DNA of 64,000 nt. Source: Tubulanus polymorphus. Its lineage: Eukaryota > Animalia > Nemertea. Position numbers and translations under genes: made by a program. The notes beneath the pieces are model-generated. The model made no database searches, was not told the DNA's origin, and saw nothing but the letters and a program-made list of their open reading frames with translations. Shown in pieces: positions 49,339-61,413 of the stretch. The stretch covers positions 26,126,560 through 26,190,559 of the forward strand of contig NC_134027.1 in the NCBI RefSeq assembly GCF_964204645.1. Reading direction: 5' to 3'. Position 1 is the first letter of the stretch. Each line of letters opens with the position of its first letter.

Positions 49339-52300
49339 TCATTCCGACGATAAAGGTAGAGATTGTTTTACTGTTTTATCAGTGGGTTTATCAGCATGTT
49401 TATCTACTTTATCAGCAGGCGTACCAGAAGGTTTATCAGGCGATGACAACGCGTTCAGAATTCTACGAACGTTTCTTAAACCTTCATGAGGAGGAGTCTG
49501 TAAAACAGAACGAAAATAATTCAATCAAAGAGAAGAGAGAATCGCGCGTGCGCAACCAAAACCACAACGAACAGAACTTAGGCTAAACAAAAATGATACC
49601 TTTTTTCTCCGCAGAGGCCGGGTCATTTTTGTAAAATATGATAAAATTTATAAACAGTTCATTTCTATAGCGGCCGGGTCTGTTATGGTTAAATTGATCA
49701 CGATTAAAAAAAAAGTAATGTATAGGGTAGATAGGCGGCCGGCCGGGTCAACATTTCAGCTCAGCAGAGCGGAGAAACAAGGTATCAATTTTTTTTAGCC
49801 TTACCATTTTATCATCTCCTAAGATCCGTTGACTAGGTCGTTGATATCCAGGTCGAGTACTCGGAGCGAGTAAATGTAATAGTTTATTCCACGCAGGAAT
49901 ATTGTGTTTGGCAGGAGATGATGATAACGATGATGACGAATCCTCTGTTGTACAATCTACAGCGGAGTTTCTAGGTATATACGTCGACCAGGAACACCAC
50001 GGTTTATGCTGAGACAGAGGTTGAAATGCGTTTTGCGGTCGTTCGGAATTGGACTGAAATTATTTTAAAAAAATTTCTAGAATATTATGCCAGCGGTTTT
50101 CTAGTAGTAAGGCTGAGGCTTTAGTAAGCGTCTTAAGAACTTTTTTATAGCAAAAGTAAACACTTTAATAAAGCAAGCACTTTTGGGACTCGCTACGAAC
50201 CCTCTATGGGTTTTTAGCCACAAATGCAAAACAGTCAAACTCATTTAATTTGTTGTAGTTGGGGTCATTATTTTACCTCTATTTTACGTTTCTTTGAACT
50301 TGGTTCTGATTGGCCCTCCTGCTCTTGCTCCTGCTCCTGCTCCTCAGTCAATGAATGATCAAGAGTTGATTCTTTTAATAATGTTAAATTCCATGTTCCA
50401 ATCTTTCTCCGGCAAAATGAACAAACCAGCGTCGTATCGGAACTGAAAACATTTCATAACTGTGTTAATTTAGCATCGCATACATTACAGTGCTGAATAC
50501 AGTAATCCTTGTGTTCAGTCGGATTTTTTGGGACCAATAAAAATCCTCCGACTTTGAATAAGTCAGATTTCTGGCCTTTTTCCGAAAATTATGACTTAAG
50601 AAGTAATCTTATCAAAGTTAAACCTCCCTGTATAGCCAGGGACAAGACACCTTCAGACATTTACCATAGCATTGCTGATTACATGTCTAATGTCTGGTAT
50701 TCATAGTTCATTTCTAATTAGAAAATGTCTCAGGTAAAGTCCTGAACACAAGTGTGGACGAACAAAAACGTATTAGATGTCTTGAGAGGTACAGGATCTA
50801 ATGTCTATTTCAACTCGACTTGAGAGCATATCAGGTGGCCTAGCTCAATCAGTTCTGTCGGTACATACCTGATCAGGATCCGATCTTGGCTATAAAAAAC
50901 CACTTGGCCGGGGGACAAGCATATCTGAAATTTTGCTTGCCCCCTCCAAAAGTTACTAGCCCTACACAGGCACTATCATCCATTGTATCGAGTGGGAAAA
51001 TGATTTATGACATGAAATTGCACTAGGGGACAAGTGATAATGATAACCTACTTGCCCTGATGAGAATATACTTGTCCCGCGCAATCGGATAAGTGCTTAG
51101 ATCGGACCCTGCTGATTAAAGTCTCATTAGGACCAGAAAGCACTGGCGGTTGATAGAAAGCATGTACCAACAAAAATGAGCTAGCTAGGCCACCTCATGT
51201 GCTCTAAAATCAAGTTGAAATAGACATTCAGCTGCAGATTGATGCATGTACCTGCATTAGGTTACGTGAGAGTTGAATCGAGTTTACCTGGGATTCCAGC
51301 CGCATAATGCAATTTTACAAGCTGTATTAATGATCGCTGATCTGACGTGTAAATCATCGGGTAATTCTACTACCGACTGCTTCGGAACGCAATCCGCTAG
51401 TTTTTCCAAGTCACACGGAGACAACTAAAGCGGCATGAAATAGAACGACATAATTCACAGGTTTTAATAACGGAATGAACGAATAATTTGATGATACTTA
51501 CTGATTTGAACAGGTCGGCTAGCGGTAATTTCAATCCTAATTTGATTAAGTTGTTGAGGCGTTCGTGATATTCATTTATACACACATTTTTATCGGTAAA
51601 ATCGATTTCTAAATATGACTCTGAAAATGGGAGAATTAAAAAACCAATTCTAAACATATTCAGATTGCATTAAATGAGGTAGATGTATGTCGTCTATCTT
51701 GGTTAAACTTGACTCTCAGGTTGAATTACTGGTAGTTGATTTCTAATGTCTTGGAGGTAATTTGAAATTTTTCGAAAAATTACACCCCAACGCATTACAA
51801 GACATGAAAATACCATGGTGCGGTGTACTAGCAATGTCAATCACTGATTTATACACCGCACTGCGGTGTAGACACACTGAAAGGGTTAACCATCAACTGT
51901 TCAAATTTTGTGGAACTCGGTCAAGACAGGGAGTTACTAGACAATTTGTACCCTTCACAAGACAAGTTCTAGATGCTAAATACATTTAGAGTAACTCAGA
52001 GAAACATGTGGATGTTCAGCCTCAGAAGATTCTTAAAACCTAACAGAGATATTTGTTTTTGGTACTCACCGGGACAAGGGTTAAAACGCCATGAACAATG
52101 TTCGTGATGACGATTTATAATCAAATCTTCGAGATTCTTAACTGCTTTCTTATCTGAAAAATAATCGACAGAAATTGAAAAAAAAGAAAACAAGCAGCAG
52201 AAGATACGAATCACGATGTTGTAACTTACGATGAGTGATGTCCGTGATGTGAGGTAATTGTCCGGAGAGGAATACTTTACAACTAACGCATTTCAATAAA

Positions 52301-53017
52301 TCGCGGTCTACATTTTGCCAGCCGTACCGAGCGCAGGTTAACGGTGCTAGATGAAGAGGTTTCGCGAACCACGTCACATTCTAATGAAACAAACAAAATC
52401 GATAAATATGCAGGATTACAATCTATCTTCAGGAAGTTACAGCAGTAGAGCAATTTTTGTAATCTTGAAATTAAATCGGGATGCCTTTCAATCTATTCAT
52501 TTGATATTGTCGTTATTTGATGTGTCCCCTTATAAATCCACCCCACCTGCTGGGAACCAAAGGAACAGGGTAGCTAAAGTTTAGTGCACTTTTCTAGATT
52601 TCTAGTGTCAACAGGGAACAAGGAAACCTGTGATAATTCACTAGGGTCGGGAAGCCCTACCGTAAATGTAGAAACTCTGTCAAAAAACTGCTCTTTGCTT
52701 CTCGGTCCTGTGGTTATACTATTGCACTGGGTCGAATTTGAATCTTTAGTTGAAGTTTTCACATTGTCGCTGACCCTGAAAATAATCAATTTGCACGAAT
52801 AAATGAATTTGAATTTGACTAGATTGAGCGTTTCGCCAGTATTCAAACGCTCATATCCCAGTTATTTGTGGAAATAAACGGATAAAACTCAGCCAAATTA
52901 CAGGCAATTACATCAAATAAATACTGACTCTTTGATTTGATCATTCGTCTCATCGGGCTTGAAGATCGTCGATAAAACAAGTTTCGCTCGTTCAAAAATT
53001 GATGACTTGGTCGCCAT
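49339..53017 (-). CDS. ZC3HC1: Zinc finger C3HC-type protein 1 (NIPA). Exons: 53017-52929, 52775-52661, 52380-52230, 52153-52070, 51620-51502, 51424-51288, 50442-50277, 50053-49805, 49497-49339
   Basis: zf-C3HC motif RSKEQFFDRVSTF...TWFAKPLHLAPLTCARYGW...LKCVSCK...HHEHCSWRFNPCP. Second (Rsm1-like) module IALCGW...LVCSFCRRKIGTW...FQPLSQHKPWCSW. Splice phases are consistent. Confidence 0.92.
49581..49800 (+). mobile_element. PIF/Harbinger MITE, copy 3 (in the last ZC3HC1 intron)
   Basis: Same family as 20015-20225, with TTA TSD. Confidence 0.9.
50798..51228. mobile_element. Internally deleted foldback MITE with a nested insertion at 50874-51111
   Basis: Termini match 27529-28030. The nested element CAGGATCCGATCT...AGATCGGACCCTG is flanked by a CTGAT duplication. 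Confidence 0.8.
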
Positions 53018-53229
53018 GTTTGTTTATAAATAGGAAGTAACTATTCGTACGGACCAATGCGGATAACTCCGAAGACTATTCGTACGGACCCTTAAGGATA
53101 ACTCCGAAGGCTTAATTACGGCACGGCGTACCATTGCGCGGTACCGGGCGGACCCCCGTAACATAAAACTCATATAAAAGTTATATACCTATTATTAAAA
53201 GTTATATACCTATAAGTTATATACCTATT

Positions 53230-54530
53230 TTCAGAGGTGGAAACTTGAAGTTAACATTAAAAAAAGTAAGGTCATAGTATTTAGTCGTAAGGGTAACATT
53301 CGCAGTGTCCCTAGACTTTAAGTACGGCAATCTAGCATTAGACATAGTGAAAGAATACAAGTACCTCGGTATAATTTTTTCATCAGACGGTGTTTTTAAC
53401 AAAGCAAAGGTCCACCTGGTAAATAATGCTAGAAGAGCCATGTTCTCAATCCAAAAACTTATTGGTGCGGGTAACTGCACCCCAGAAGTATGTATAAAAC
53501 TTTTCGATAATTTGGTGGCACCAATTTTATTGTACAGCTGTGAAATTTGGGTCCCCTCAAAACAACTCCTAAGGAAAATCTCAAAAACTGATGTCTTTAA
53601 CATTGAATTAGCATTTGAAAAAGATGACCACCTACAGAAACTATTTATCTCGTTTTGTAAATATGTACTTAATGTAACACGTCGAGCAACAAACGTGGCT
53701 GTGGTGAACTCGGTAGATACCCACTCTATATAGCTGCTTGTATGAGACTCCTGAAATTCTGGCATGCTGTGCACCAGAATCAGGACAGATTGGTGTACCA
53801 CGCCATGCAAGAGTCAATCTTGTTGAACTCTACTTGGTATAACTTCCTCGCAAAACTTGCTGGCATCCTTAACCATTCAGAACTGATAGAGAATCCATCT
53901 AATTCTAAATCTTTTACCCGAGCTAAACATACACTACAAGAGAGATATAAAATTTTTTGGCACAAATGGATATCAAATTCCCCAAAACTAGACTGCTACA
54001 AAAATCTAAATCCTGAATTTACCATGACGCCATTCTTAATGGATCCTATACTACCAAAACTGTTTAGAACCAACATTTGTAAATTTAGGATAAGTAATCA
54101 TCGTCTTCTGATAGAGCGAGGAAGATATACCAATTTACCAAGAGAGAATAGACTGTGCCAACACTGTAATGCCATTGAAGATGAGTTTCATTTTATAATA
54201 GAATGCTCTCGACTAAATGAAATAAGATATAACATAAACAGAGCAGTGAGCTGTATATACCCAGATGCCCCAAATTGGGAGGACCAGACCAAATTCAAAA
54301 AACTTCTCACAGATAAGAAACTAAGATGGTCCTATTGGGGAATACATCTCTAAAGGCTTTGAAATCCTAGACTCTGATAATAATTAACACGAAACTGCTT
54401 TTATTCTTGTTATATTAATGTAAAATGTTTATGTTTTGTAAATACTATTTGTAAATATCACTCTGTGCATCTCGACCCGAAAGGGTTTAAGCAGTACAAT
54501 ATTTATTGAATTGTTTGTTGAATTGAATTA
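53230..54530 (+). mobile_element. 5'-truncated, frameshifted non-LTR retrotransposon (LINE, RTE-X-like ORF2 C-terminus and 3'UTR)
   Basis: Post-RT motifs VKEYKYLGIIF, KLFDNLVAPILLYSCEIW and GELGRYPL (frameshift at about 53700), then the CCHC knuckle KFRISNHRLLIERGRY...RLCQHCNAIEDEFHFIIEC. Tail is (TTGAA)n-like, with a possible TSD ATAAAACT (53163/54530). Confidence 0.88.
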
Positions 54531-55015
54531 TAAAACTAATCGCCCGGGGTCTCAGAGGTTCGTTCCGAATTTCTGGCGTAATGCGATATTTTTGTTATAT
54601 ACTTTTAAAAAGTGTTCTGAGGGTGCGACTCCGAGGTAATTCTGAACTACACAAACGGAAATTTCTTTGAGAAATAAAATTATTTTTTAAATGTTTTTAG
54701 ACTCTGTATTTGCCTATTTTAGAATCAATTTTGACCTTGCTTTATAACAAACAACAATTGTGTTTAAATACAGGTCTAATTTCTAAATGACGGACAGGCG
54801 GGAATGTCCGTCAGTTGGCCCTAGAGATGGTAGAGTGTGTTCTTCACCGAGCGCGCCGCACAAGAATACCGGCAACCCGTCTAAACGGAGCGCTTTACAA
54901 CAACACCGGTAACCCGTCTACTTCAATCCTCAATTCCTGTATGTCCCTGATTGTCATTAGTAAATATTGGAGTTTGAATTTGATGTGATGTTTTCTGGTG
55001 AAATACTACCTAAAT

Positions 55016-58000
55016 ATGGAAGATGAAGTGAAATATTTCACATTTGAGTTGGTCACAGCTAAAGCAGATGAACAAAATGATCCAGGTAGGTAGAGAGGCT
55101 ACGTCTGGTGTAGTTAGTTACCTAATCGTTGGTGGTAAGCTTTTTCGATAAATATCCGATCGTGAAACTAAACCACGGCACAGACAGGTTACTGACTACG
55201 TCTGGTGCTGTCAGTCCAGCTACTTTTTACTAATGTCTATTTATTAATTGATGAGACCTGTTTTTCTTGGATATTTTGCTTACTTTTTGGGGTACATACC
55301 TCATTTATGTCTTAACAGAATGCCAAAAATCGCGGACAACAACTGAATATCCGATATATTTCCAGTTCTGTACCAATTAGATGGATTGGCAAAAATACTC
55401 CTTAAGTCCAGTTGAATGAGAGAGAAAATCCTCCATTTTGTGAAATTTCTTGAATTTTTACATTGTCACCATGCCTACGAAATGAAGTTATTTTTCTTGT
55501 GGGGTCTCCACAACTAAATCAGGGTGGCGTAGGCATGGTAACAATGTTCAAATTCAAGAAATTTGACAAAATGGAGGATTTTCTCTCTCATTCAACTGGA
55601 CTTAAGGAGTCTTTTTGCCAATCCATCTAATTGGTACAGAACTGGAAATATATCGGATATTCAGTTGTTGTCCGCGACTTTTGGCATTCTGTTAAGACAT
55701 AAATGAGGTATGTACCCCAAAAAGTAAGCAAAATATCCAAGAAAAACAGGTCTCATCAATTGATAAATAGACATTAACCCTCTCAACCCTCTGCTGGGTA
55801 GTCTAAATTTAGTAGTCTGGGAAGTCTAGTTTTTAGTTTACCTAGCCGTTGTTTGTTGGGTGGTTCGTTGTAGGGGAACCCTACAACGACTGGTATTCAG
55901 ACTACCCTCTGGTTCCTCAAGATCCTACTAACCCTAAACCCGATGATATGATTTTTACCTCCTGACTGCAATTACTTAGAGTGTAACCCTAGTGGGTCTT
56001 AAGAGACGGCCAGGGCCTTTTTATAGGTTGTTATGGCTCACAACCTGACTAAGTTAGCAGAGCTTAGTCCATGTATGTGTCTCGACAGCCAACGCCAGAG
56101 GTGGTTTCCAACTAGGGACCTCTCGGTTCCCAGTCCTCCACTCAACCAACTGAGCTAACTGCACAGGACAAATTAAAAGAATTTTAAAATCGAAAATTTA
56201 TTTATTCAAAAAATCTAAACTATAAAATACATACGCGTAGGCCTATACTATATTATATAGGGTACGGTCAAGTAGTGCAAAAGTAAATACTTTGCTCTAT
56301 AGCTTACTACGGCTAAATATCCCAAAATCAACTTTTTACGCTTTTTTGGCTAGCCTTTCTGTTCGATTCATTTGTCTCCCAGCTCCAGACGATCGTTCAT
56401 TTCTGATTTGTGTAAATATTTTCAGAGTTTCTGCAGCACCCCGACGACAGAAGCGGTCACAGAATAATCGTCACGAATAATAATCTTTATTCGATCGGAG
56501 GTTATAATCCTCATTATTGGGGTCGAGAAAACGATGAGTTTACTATATACCCTATATTCAGAGAAGTACGTCTAATGTTTAAAATCAATAGTTTTCTCAT
56601 CCTCGCTTGCCAGGGTTTGATTGACTCCCGCTGAAGCTCAGGCCAACACAAACCTTGGCCGCAAACCCTTTATTGGTCTTTTGCACCACTCAAGATTTCT
56701 TTGGCGCAATAGACCAATAAAGGAACTCGGTTTGTTGAATGAGCTTGCGCAGAAGAAATTCAAACCCTGGGAAGTGAGGATGGTCTATCTGAAGCGATGT
56801 CTCTATCTTAACTATCCGCTGATTAACTTTAACCATTTTATGTGCAACTGACCCCCATTGTAATAAGTGATATGATATTGGTTTGGTTTTTCGTAGTTAT
56901 GGAAGTTCAATTTAACGACTAGAATATGGATGAAACTGAAAACATCAGGAGAGATGCCCGTCGAATTAGCCTCACATGCAGGTAATTACATTCGAGTTTT
57001 CATAAATAATTGGTAATACATTCTAGGTTTGATTCTAGTCTGAATACCGGACAGGTGATGTACTAGGTTACCCGACAACTTGGAAAAAACAGTTTTAGTT
57101 CTAGATACCGGTAGGCCTATTGTGACCTGAATTTCTGCACCCAATTCGACAGTTATGAATTAGATTGACTGTAGCTCTTGATATTCATGTACAGGGGCTG
57201 GTTGCATAGTCATGGCTTAGACTTAAGACCAGTCCAAGACCAACTTTGTTCTATAGCCAATCTAACAATCTAAGACCAGTCTCAACATTTAAGACCACTT
57301 TTGGACTTAAGTCACAACTGTGCAACTGGACCCTGGGGCCGATTCCAAAGTTGAGACTTAAGTAAAAAAGTGGTCTTAAAACTTAAATCTGGTCTTAAAC
57401 TGTTAGATTAGGTAGAACTAAGATGGTCTTAGATTTGTCTGAAGTCTAAGCCATGACTATGGAACCGGCCCCAGGTGCTTATTTCTTAACCCTTTCAGTG
57501 CAGCTACAACACTGCAGTGCGATGTATAGATCGGTGATGGACTAGTACACCGCATCGCTGTGTATTGATATTAGTAAAAAGTTTTTATTTCCATTGAAAG
57601 ATGACAGCTCCTGGAATTTTTTAAGCGCGCTTCCGGGTATCATTAGTCGGCACTAAAAGGATTAATATGACCCCACGAAAAACAACTGAAGTTTTTGTTT
57701 CGGCCCAAGTGATGGATTGGCCCTAAAAATTGCGCAGTTCATCTGTCGCCATTAATCAATTGACTGTACTAACCAGATATTGATGTATTATAGCGGTGCT
57801 TGTTTCTTATTCAGCATTGTTACTGGGTAACAATTTACTGGTTCACGGCGGAACAGGAACTCCGTTCGGATATTCGAGCAGTAATCAACTTTACGCCTGT
57901 AATTTACGTACTTTACAATGGGTGAACATACAATGCAACGGAACTCTACCTGGAGAGGTTTACGGACATGTAAGTTTGTTTTAGCTTTACGTCGTTCGGA

Positions 58001-60637
58001 TCTAGGTTTGCCGACACTACCGGTAATCCTATTCGATTGTTCATTTAACATCAAGACAGGACCACAATTTTTGAAGCATTAGTTATTGTTTAGGCCTAAC
58101 TAAAATCTTTGCTTCGGGCGAAAAAACAAACGTTTACTTATCTATATGGTTGGTTTTCTGAAAAAGAGTGAGTGACCGTTTATAATTTAATTGAAGGAGA
58201 AACCCACAATTGTGAAGAAGAAAAACTAATAAGACTCACTCCTATGAGCCATTTTCAAAACTAAGAGAGCAGCAATGTTCAGGTTCAATTCTACGAGCTA
58301 TTTTCGAAAAGAGTTTTGAAAATGTCTCATAGAATTGAGTTGAAATGTCACTTCTCTCTTAGCAGTGAAAAAGGCTCATAGAATTGATTTCAAGGCTGAG
58401 GGCCTTACTTCAATTGTGTTTGATTATTTTCTGATGTTGTCGTTACAGAGTCTCACGGTGGTTGGTAAATATATCTATATGTTCGGTGGCACGACTGGAT
58501 TTGAATACAGCGACGACGTACATAAACTTGACCTGGAAACGTTCATCTGGGAAAGAATTCCGATAGACGATCGTAAACCACCCGATAATAGAAGACGACC
58601 AAAAGGAAGGTAAGAATCATTCTGTCAACTGTGAAACAGGTTACCACATTGCTAGAGAGTGGCCTGCTTTGTTGCTGAATCATTCCAATGTTTCAATTGA
58701 AGTTTCGCAATTTGTAATTAGCTATGGAGACAGAACAACTACTGTATTCAGTGCTTATTAATTTCCGGTTGTTCAGATATATTGAGACTAGGACCAAATA
58801 TGGTCTTCATATTACGGCTCAAACCTTATTGGCCAAGCTTAAGCGGAAGATATGCTTCGATCCTTTACCAAGTGTTTTGGCGATCTTGATTATTCAATAC
58901 TTTGTTTGTGGATGGACAGAATGTAAATTGGAAATTTTATGAACTATTCTTGAATCGTCCTACAAAAAGTCCTACAAAGTCCTTGAATGAAATTGGATAT
59001 GGGCGCTATTGATCCTGGGAGGCAGATATTGCAATTGAATTAAATTTCAAAATATTCTCTTCTAAACTAGGTATCGGCATGAAGCTGTCACAGATGGTGA
59101 AAAGGTTTTTATTTTTGGCGGTGGAAGAGCTTACGCTACTTACGGATTTGAAGAGGTAGCAATGATGAACGTCGAGACTGAAAGCGATGAAAACTCAAAC
59201 ACTACTGATATTTATAATTAATGTATACTTGTAGCTTGATGTTTTTAATATAAAAGAGAATGTTTGGGAGAAGCACACGTGTCAGCCGGCTGGATCAATC
59301 GGATTCCCTAAACCTAGACGATGTCACAGTTGCGTCAGATATAAAAACAGTAAGCATTAATCGCGAGTCACTGACAAATTCTCACCGTCCGAAAAAAATA
59401 TTGGAAATCAGCCGTGTTCACACTATCCACTCACAGTTTGTTCAAATTAGACTATACACATTGTCACTGGTCAAGTTAGACACAACACTGTGATTGTGGT
59501 TGACAAGCAATAAGAACTATGTTTCTGTTCATACACAGAAAAATGGTCGATTATATTATCTAGAAAGAACCTGAATCAGTGTTTTTGTCCATTCTAGAAT
59601 GGAATGGACTTTTATTTGCTAGGATGAAAACTTGTTCTGTTCTAAATTGGAACAAATTGAGACCGTTCTGAATTACGAATGCGGCTAATGGGGAGGGAGG
59701 GGACGACGTTTTGTATCGGTGTCTGTTTATTATAGATGTGTTTATCTGTGGTGGATATAACGGTGCTGAACCATTCAATGATCTATGGAAGATGAATCTG
59801 ACGACATATCAGTGGTCGAAATTCTCTCAATTACCGAACCCAGTTTATTTCCATTCGGCCGATGTTACAGTTGTAAGTATCCAATAATCGTTTCTCGTAA
59901 AGTGACTGTCGAAATCAATCGAAGAAGAAATCATGTAATTATGCTGTTTGTTCATTTTTCAAGATTTTAGTCAAGAGATTTCCCCATATCTTGACCAAAT
60001 TTTTCTGATTACGGGAAATTATATGATATCCTCAGTGAGATTTCCCGATATTTTCCCTGACCCTTGACCAACATTGTCCTGATTACATGAAATTATAAGA
60101 TATCCTGACCCGGGTTGGGCTGTTTCCTATCAAGAGGTTCCTTGTGTCTCGAACAAAAACGACGAGACACCAAAAAGTCTAATTCCCCAATTTTTACCTG
60201 ACCCTTGACCAAAATATCCCCGATTGAATTATATGATATCTTCAGTGGGTATATGAAGATATTCCTTGTGCCACTTGTCACCAGCAAGAACAACAAGACA
60301 CCAAAATGCAAATTGCCTGACTTAAAAGAAAGGAGTCAGTCAGAATTTCATGATTTGTAAGAACCCCGATATGTTTATTACCGGTAGTGAAGATCATCTG
60401 AAATTTGTATTTGATGAATGTATGTTTCAGGATGGTTGCATGTATATATTCGGAGGTGTTAATGTGATAGACACCGAAAGAAATGCGGATATTTATCGGA
60501 TTTGGCTGCATCCGCCGACCTTGAAAGAACAATGTTGGATACGATTTACGTCGTTAGTGGAAGACTTTGCGTTGCTGGGACGAGACGTTCTACTCGAAAT
60601 CGGAATTCCCGAGGATTTAGTGTCAAGAGTGTGCTAG
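55016..60637 (+). CDS. KLHDC10: Kelch domain-containing protein 10 (slim ortholog). Exons: 55016-55085, 56426-56565, 56897-56981, 57815-57969, 58449-58609, 59071-59155, 59235-59349, 59736-59872, 60431-60637
   Basis: RSGHR...LYSIGGYNP...PIFRELWKFN, MPVELASH, LLVHGGTGTPFG, YMFGGTTGFEYS, GRYRHE, FPKPRRCHSCV, PVYFHSA, GCMYIFGGV and the C-terminal BC-box-like WLHPPTLKEQCW. Nine in-frame exons. Confidence 0.93.
55111..55198 (+). mobile_element. 9-bp-TSD MITE family copy (88 bp)
   Basis: CGTCTGGTG|tagttagttacc...ggttactgacta|CGTCTGGTG. Confidence 0.85.
55230..55776. mobile_element. ~545-bp near-perfect foldback element in KLHDC10 intron 1
   Basis: Arms 55231-55479 and 55528-55776 are reverse complements with few mismatches. 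Termini TAATGTCTATTT are shared with 27529-28030. Confidence 0.9.
55985..56165 (-). mobile_element. tRNA-derived SINE remnant
   Basis: Minus strand gtgcagtTAGCTCAGTTGGttgagtggaggactgggaaccgagaggtccctAGTTGGAAACC (A-box and degenerate B-box). Confidence 0.6.
57195..57471. mobile_element. Inverted dimer of a PIF/Harbinger MITE, second copy
   Basis: Monomers 57195-57332 and 57336-57471 separated by CTG; the whole unit is flanked by CAG...CAG. Confidence 0.85.
57490..57661. mobile_element. piggyBac-like MITE
   Basis: TTAA|CCCTTTCAGTG...CACTAAAAGGA|TTAA. A related inverted fragment ends at about 51889 (cactgaaagggTTAA). Confidence 0.7.
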
Positions 60638-60824
60638 CTGTATAAATATTGACGATTCTCTAGAATTTCACAGTTATTCAAGAGAATATCATCAACCAAT
60701 ACTCGGAGTCCTCTGTGTTGTAACGATAATTTAAAATCCCACACTAAGCATGTCGAGTCCGAAATGTTTCCTTGAGCTAGTGTAGTTTATTTCAACATTT
60801 CAACTATATCCTAATAGTCATCTC

Positions 60825-61143
60825 ATAATAATAATTGTCATTTATATAGCGCAGGTAACTAAACTAGAGTCTGTTCAAATGCGCTCCAATTTTGGTATTA
60901 TTATCCCCAGCCTATAACTCTATTCATGAACCAGTTATCTCTCCCTGGAGAGAAGTAACATCGGAGCAGCTACTAGGTGCTCAGAAGTCGTCTATACCCA
61001 TTTACCTGTACTCCTGGGTAGAGAGACTAGAGGCAATGAGGATAAGTGTCTTGCCGGAGGACACTATGGTAATGTACAGGTGTTCGAACTCACGACCTGG
61101 CTTCTTAGAGTCGAACACTCTAACCACTTGCCCACACCGCTCC
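60825..61143 (-). mobile_element. Full-length tRNA-derived SINE with CORE-like body and LINE-like (ATT)n tail
   Basis: Minus strand ggagcggTGTGGGCAAGTGGttagagtgttcgact...gtcgtGAGTTCGAACAcc, then gtgtcctccggcaagacacttatcctcattgcctc...ccaggagta...aaatgggta, ending gcgctatataaatgacaattattattat. Inserted in a Penelope-type remnant. Confidence 0.8.
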
Positions 61144-61245
61144 TTCGGTATCTCCAGGAATTCCTAACTTAAAACCTAAGTCACTTATGGACTGAAAATA
61201 TTTTGTTAAAGCCTAAGTATTCCTGAAGATGACTATTAGGATATA

Positions 61246-61413
61246 CAGTTGAAGTCAGTTATAACGCTACCATCCTTTTTAATGCCACCTCACTTAACGC
61301 AGACATTTTTCAGAGAACAAACTTTCTCGATCTAACTCTAATTCAGTGAAAATACGCCATATTTTTCATTGTCCTAACAGTGGCGTTATTATAGGACTAA
61401 AGCTCTTTTACTG
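61246..61413. mobile_element. Tc1/mariner MITE inserted into a hammerhead motif
   Basis: TA|CAGT...ACTG|TA. Removing it restores cctgaagatgactattaggatatagtcgaaa. Confidence 0.75.

Noticed and set aside
53217-53810. 197-aa minus-strand ORF upstream of ZC3HC1
   Set aside because: Antisense to the LINE ORF2 fragment. ZC3HC1 has its own ATG in good context at 53017.
59975-60280. Degenerate ~70-bp repeats in the last KLHDC10 intron
   Set aside because: They look like decayed transposon subterminal repeats, and no clear termini or function could be supported.
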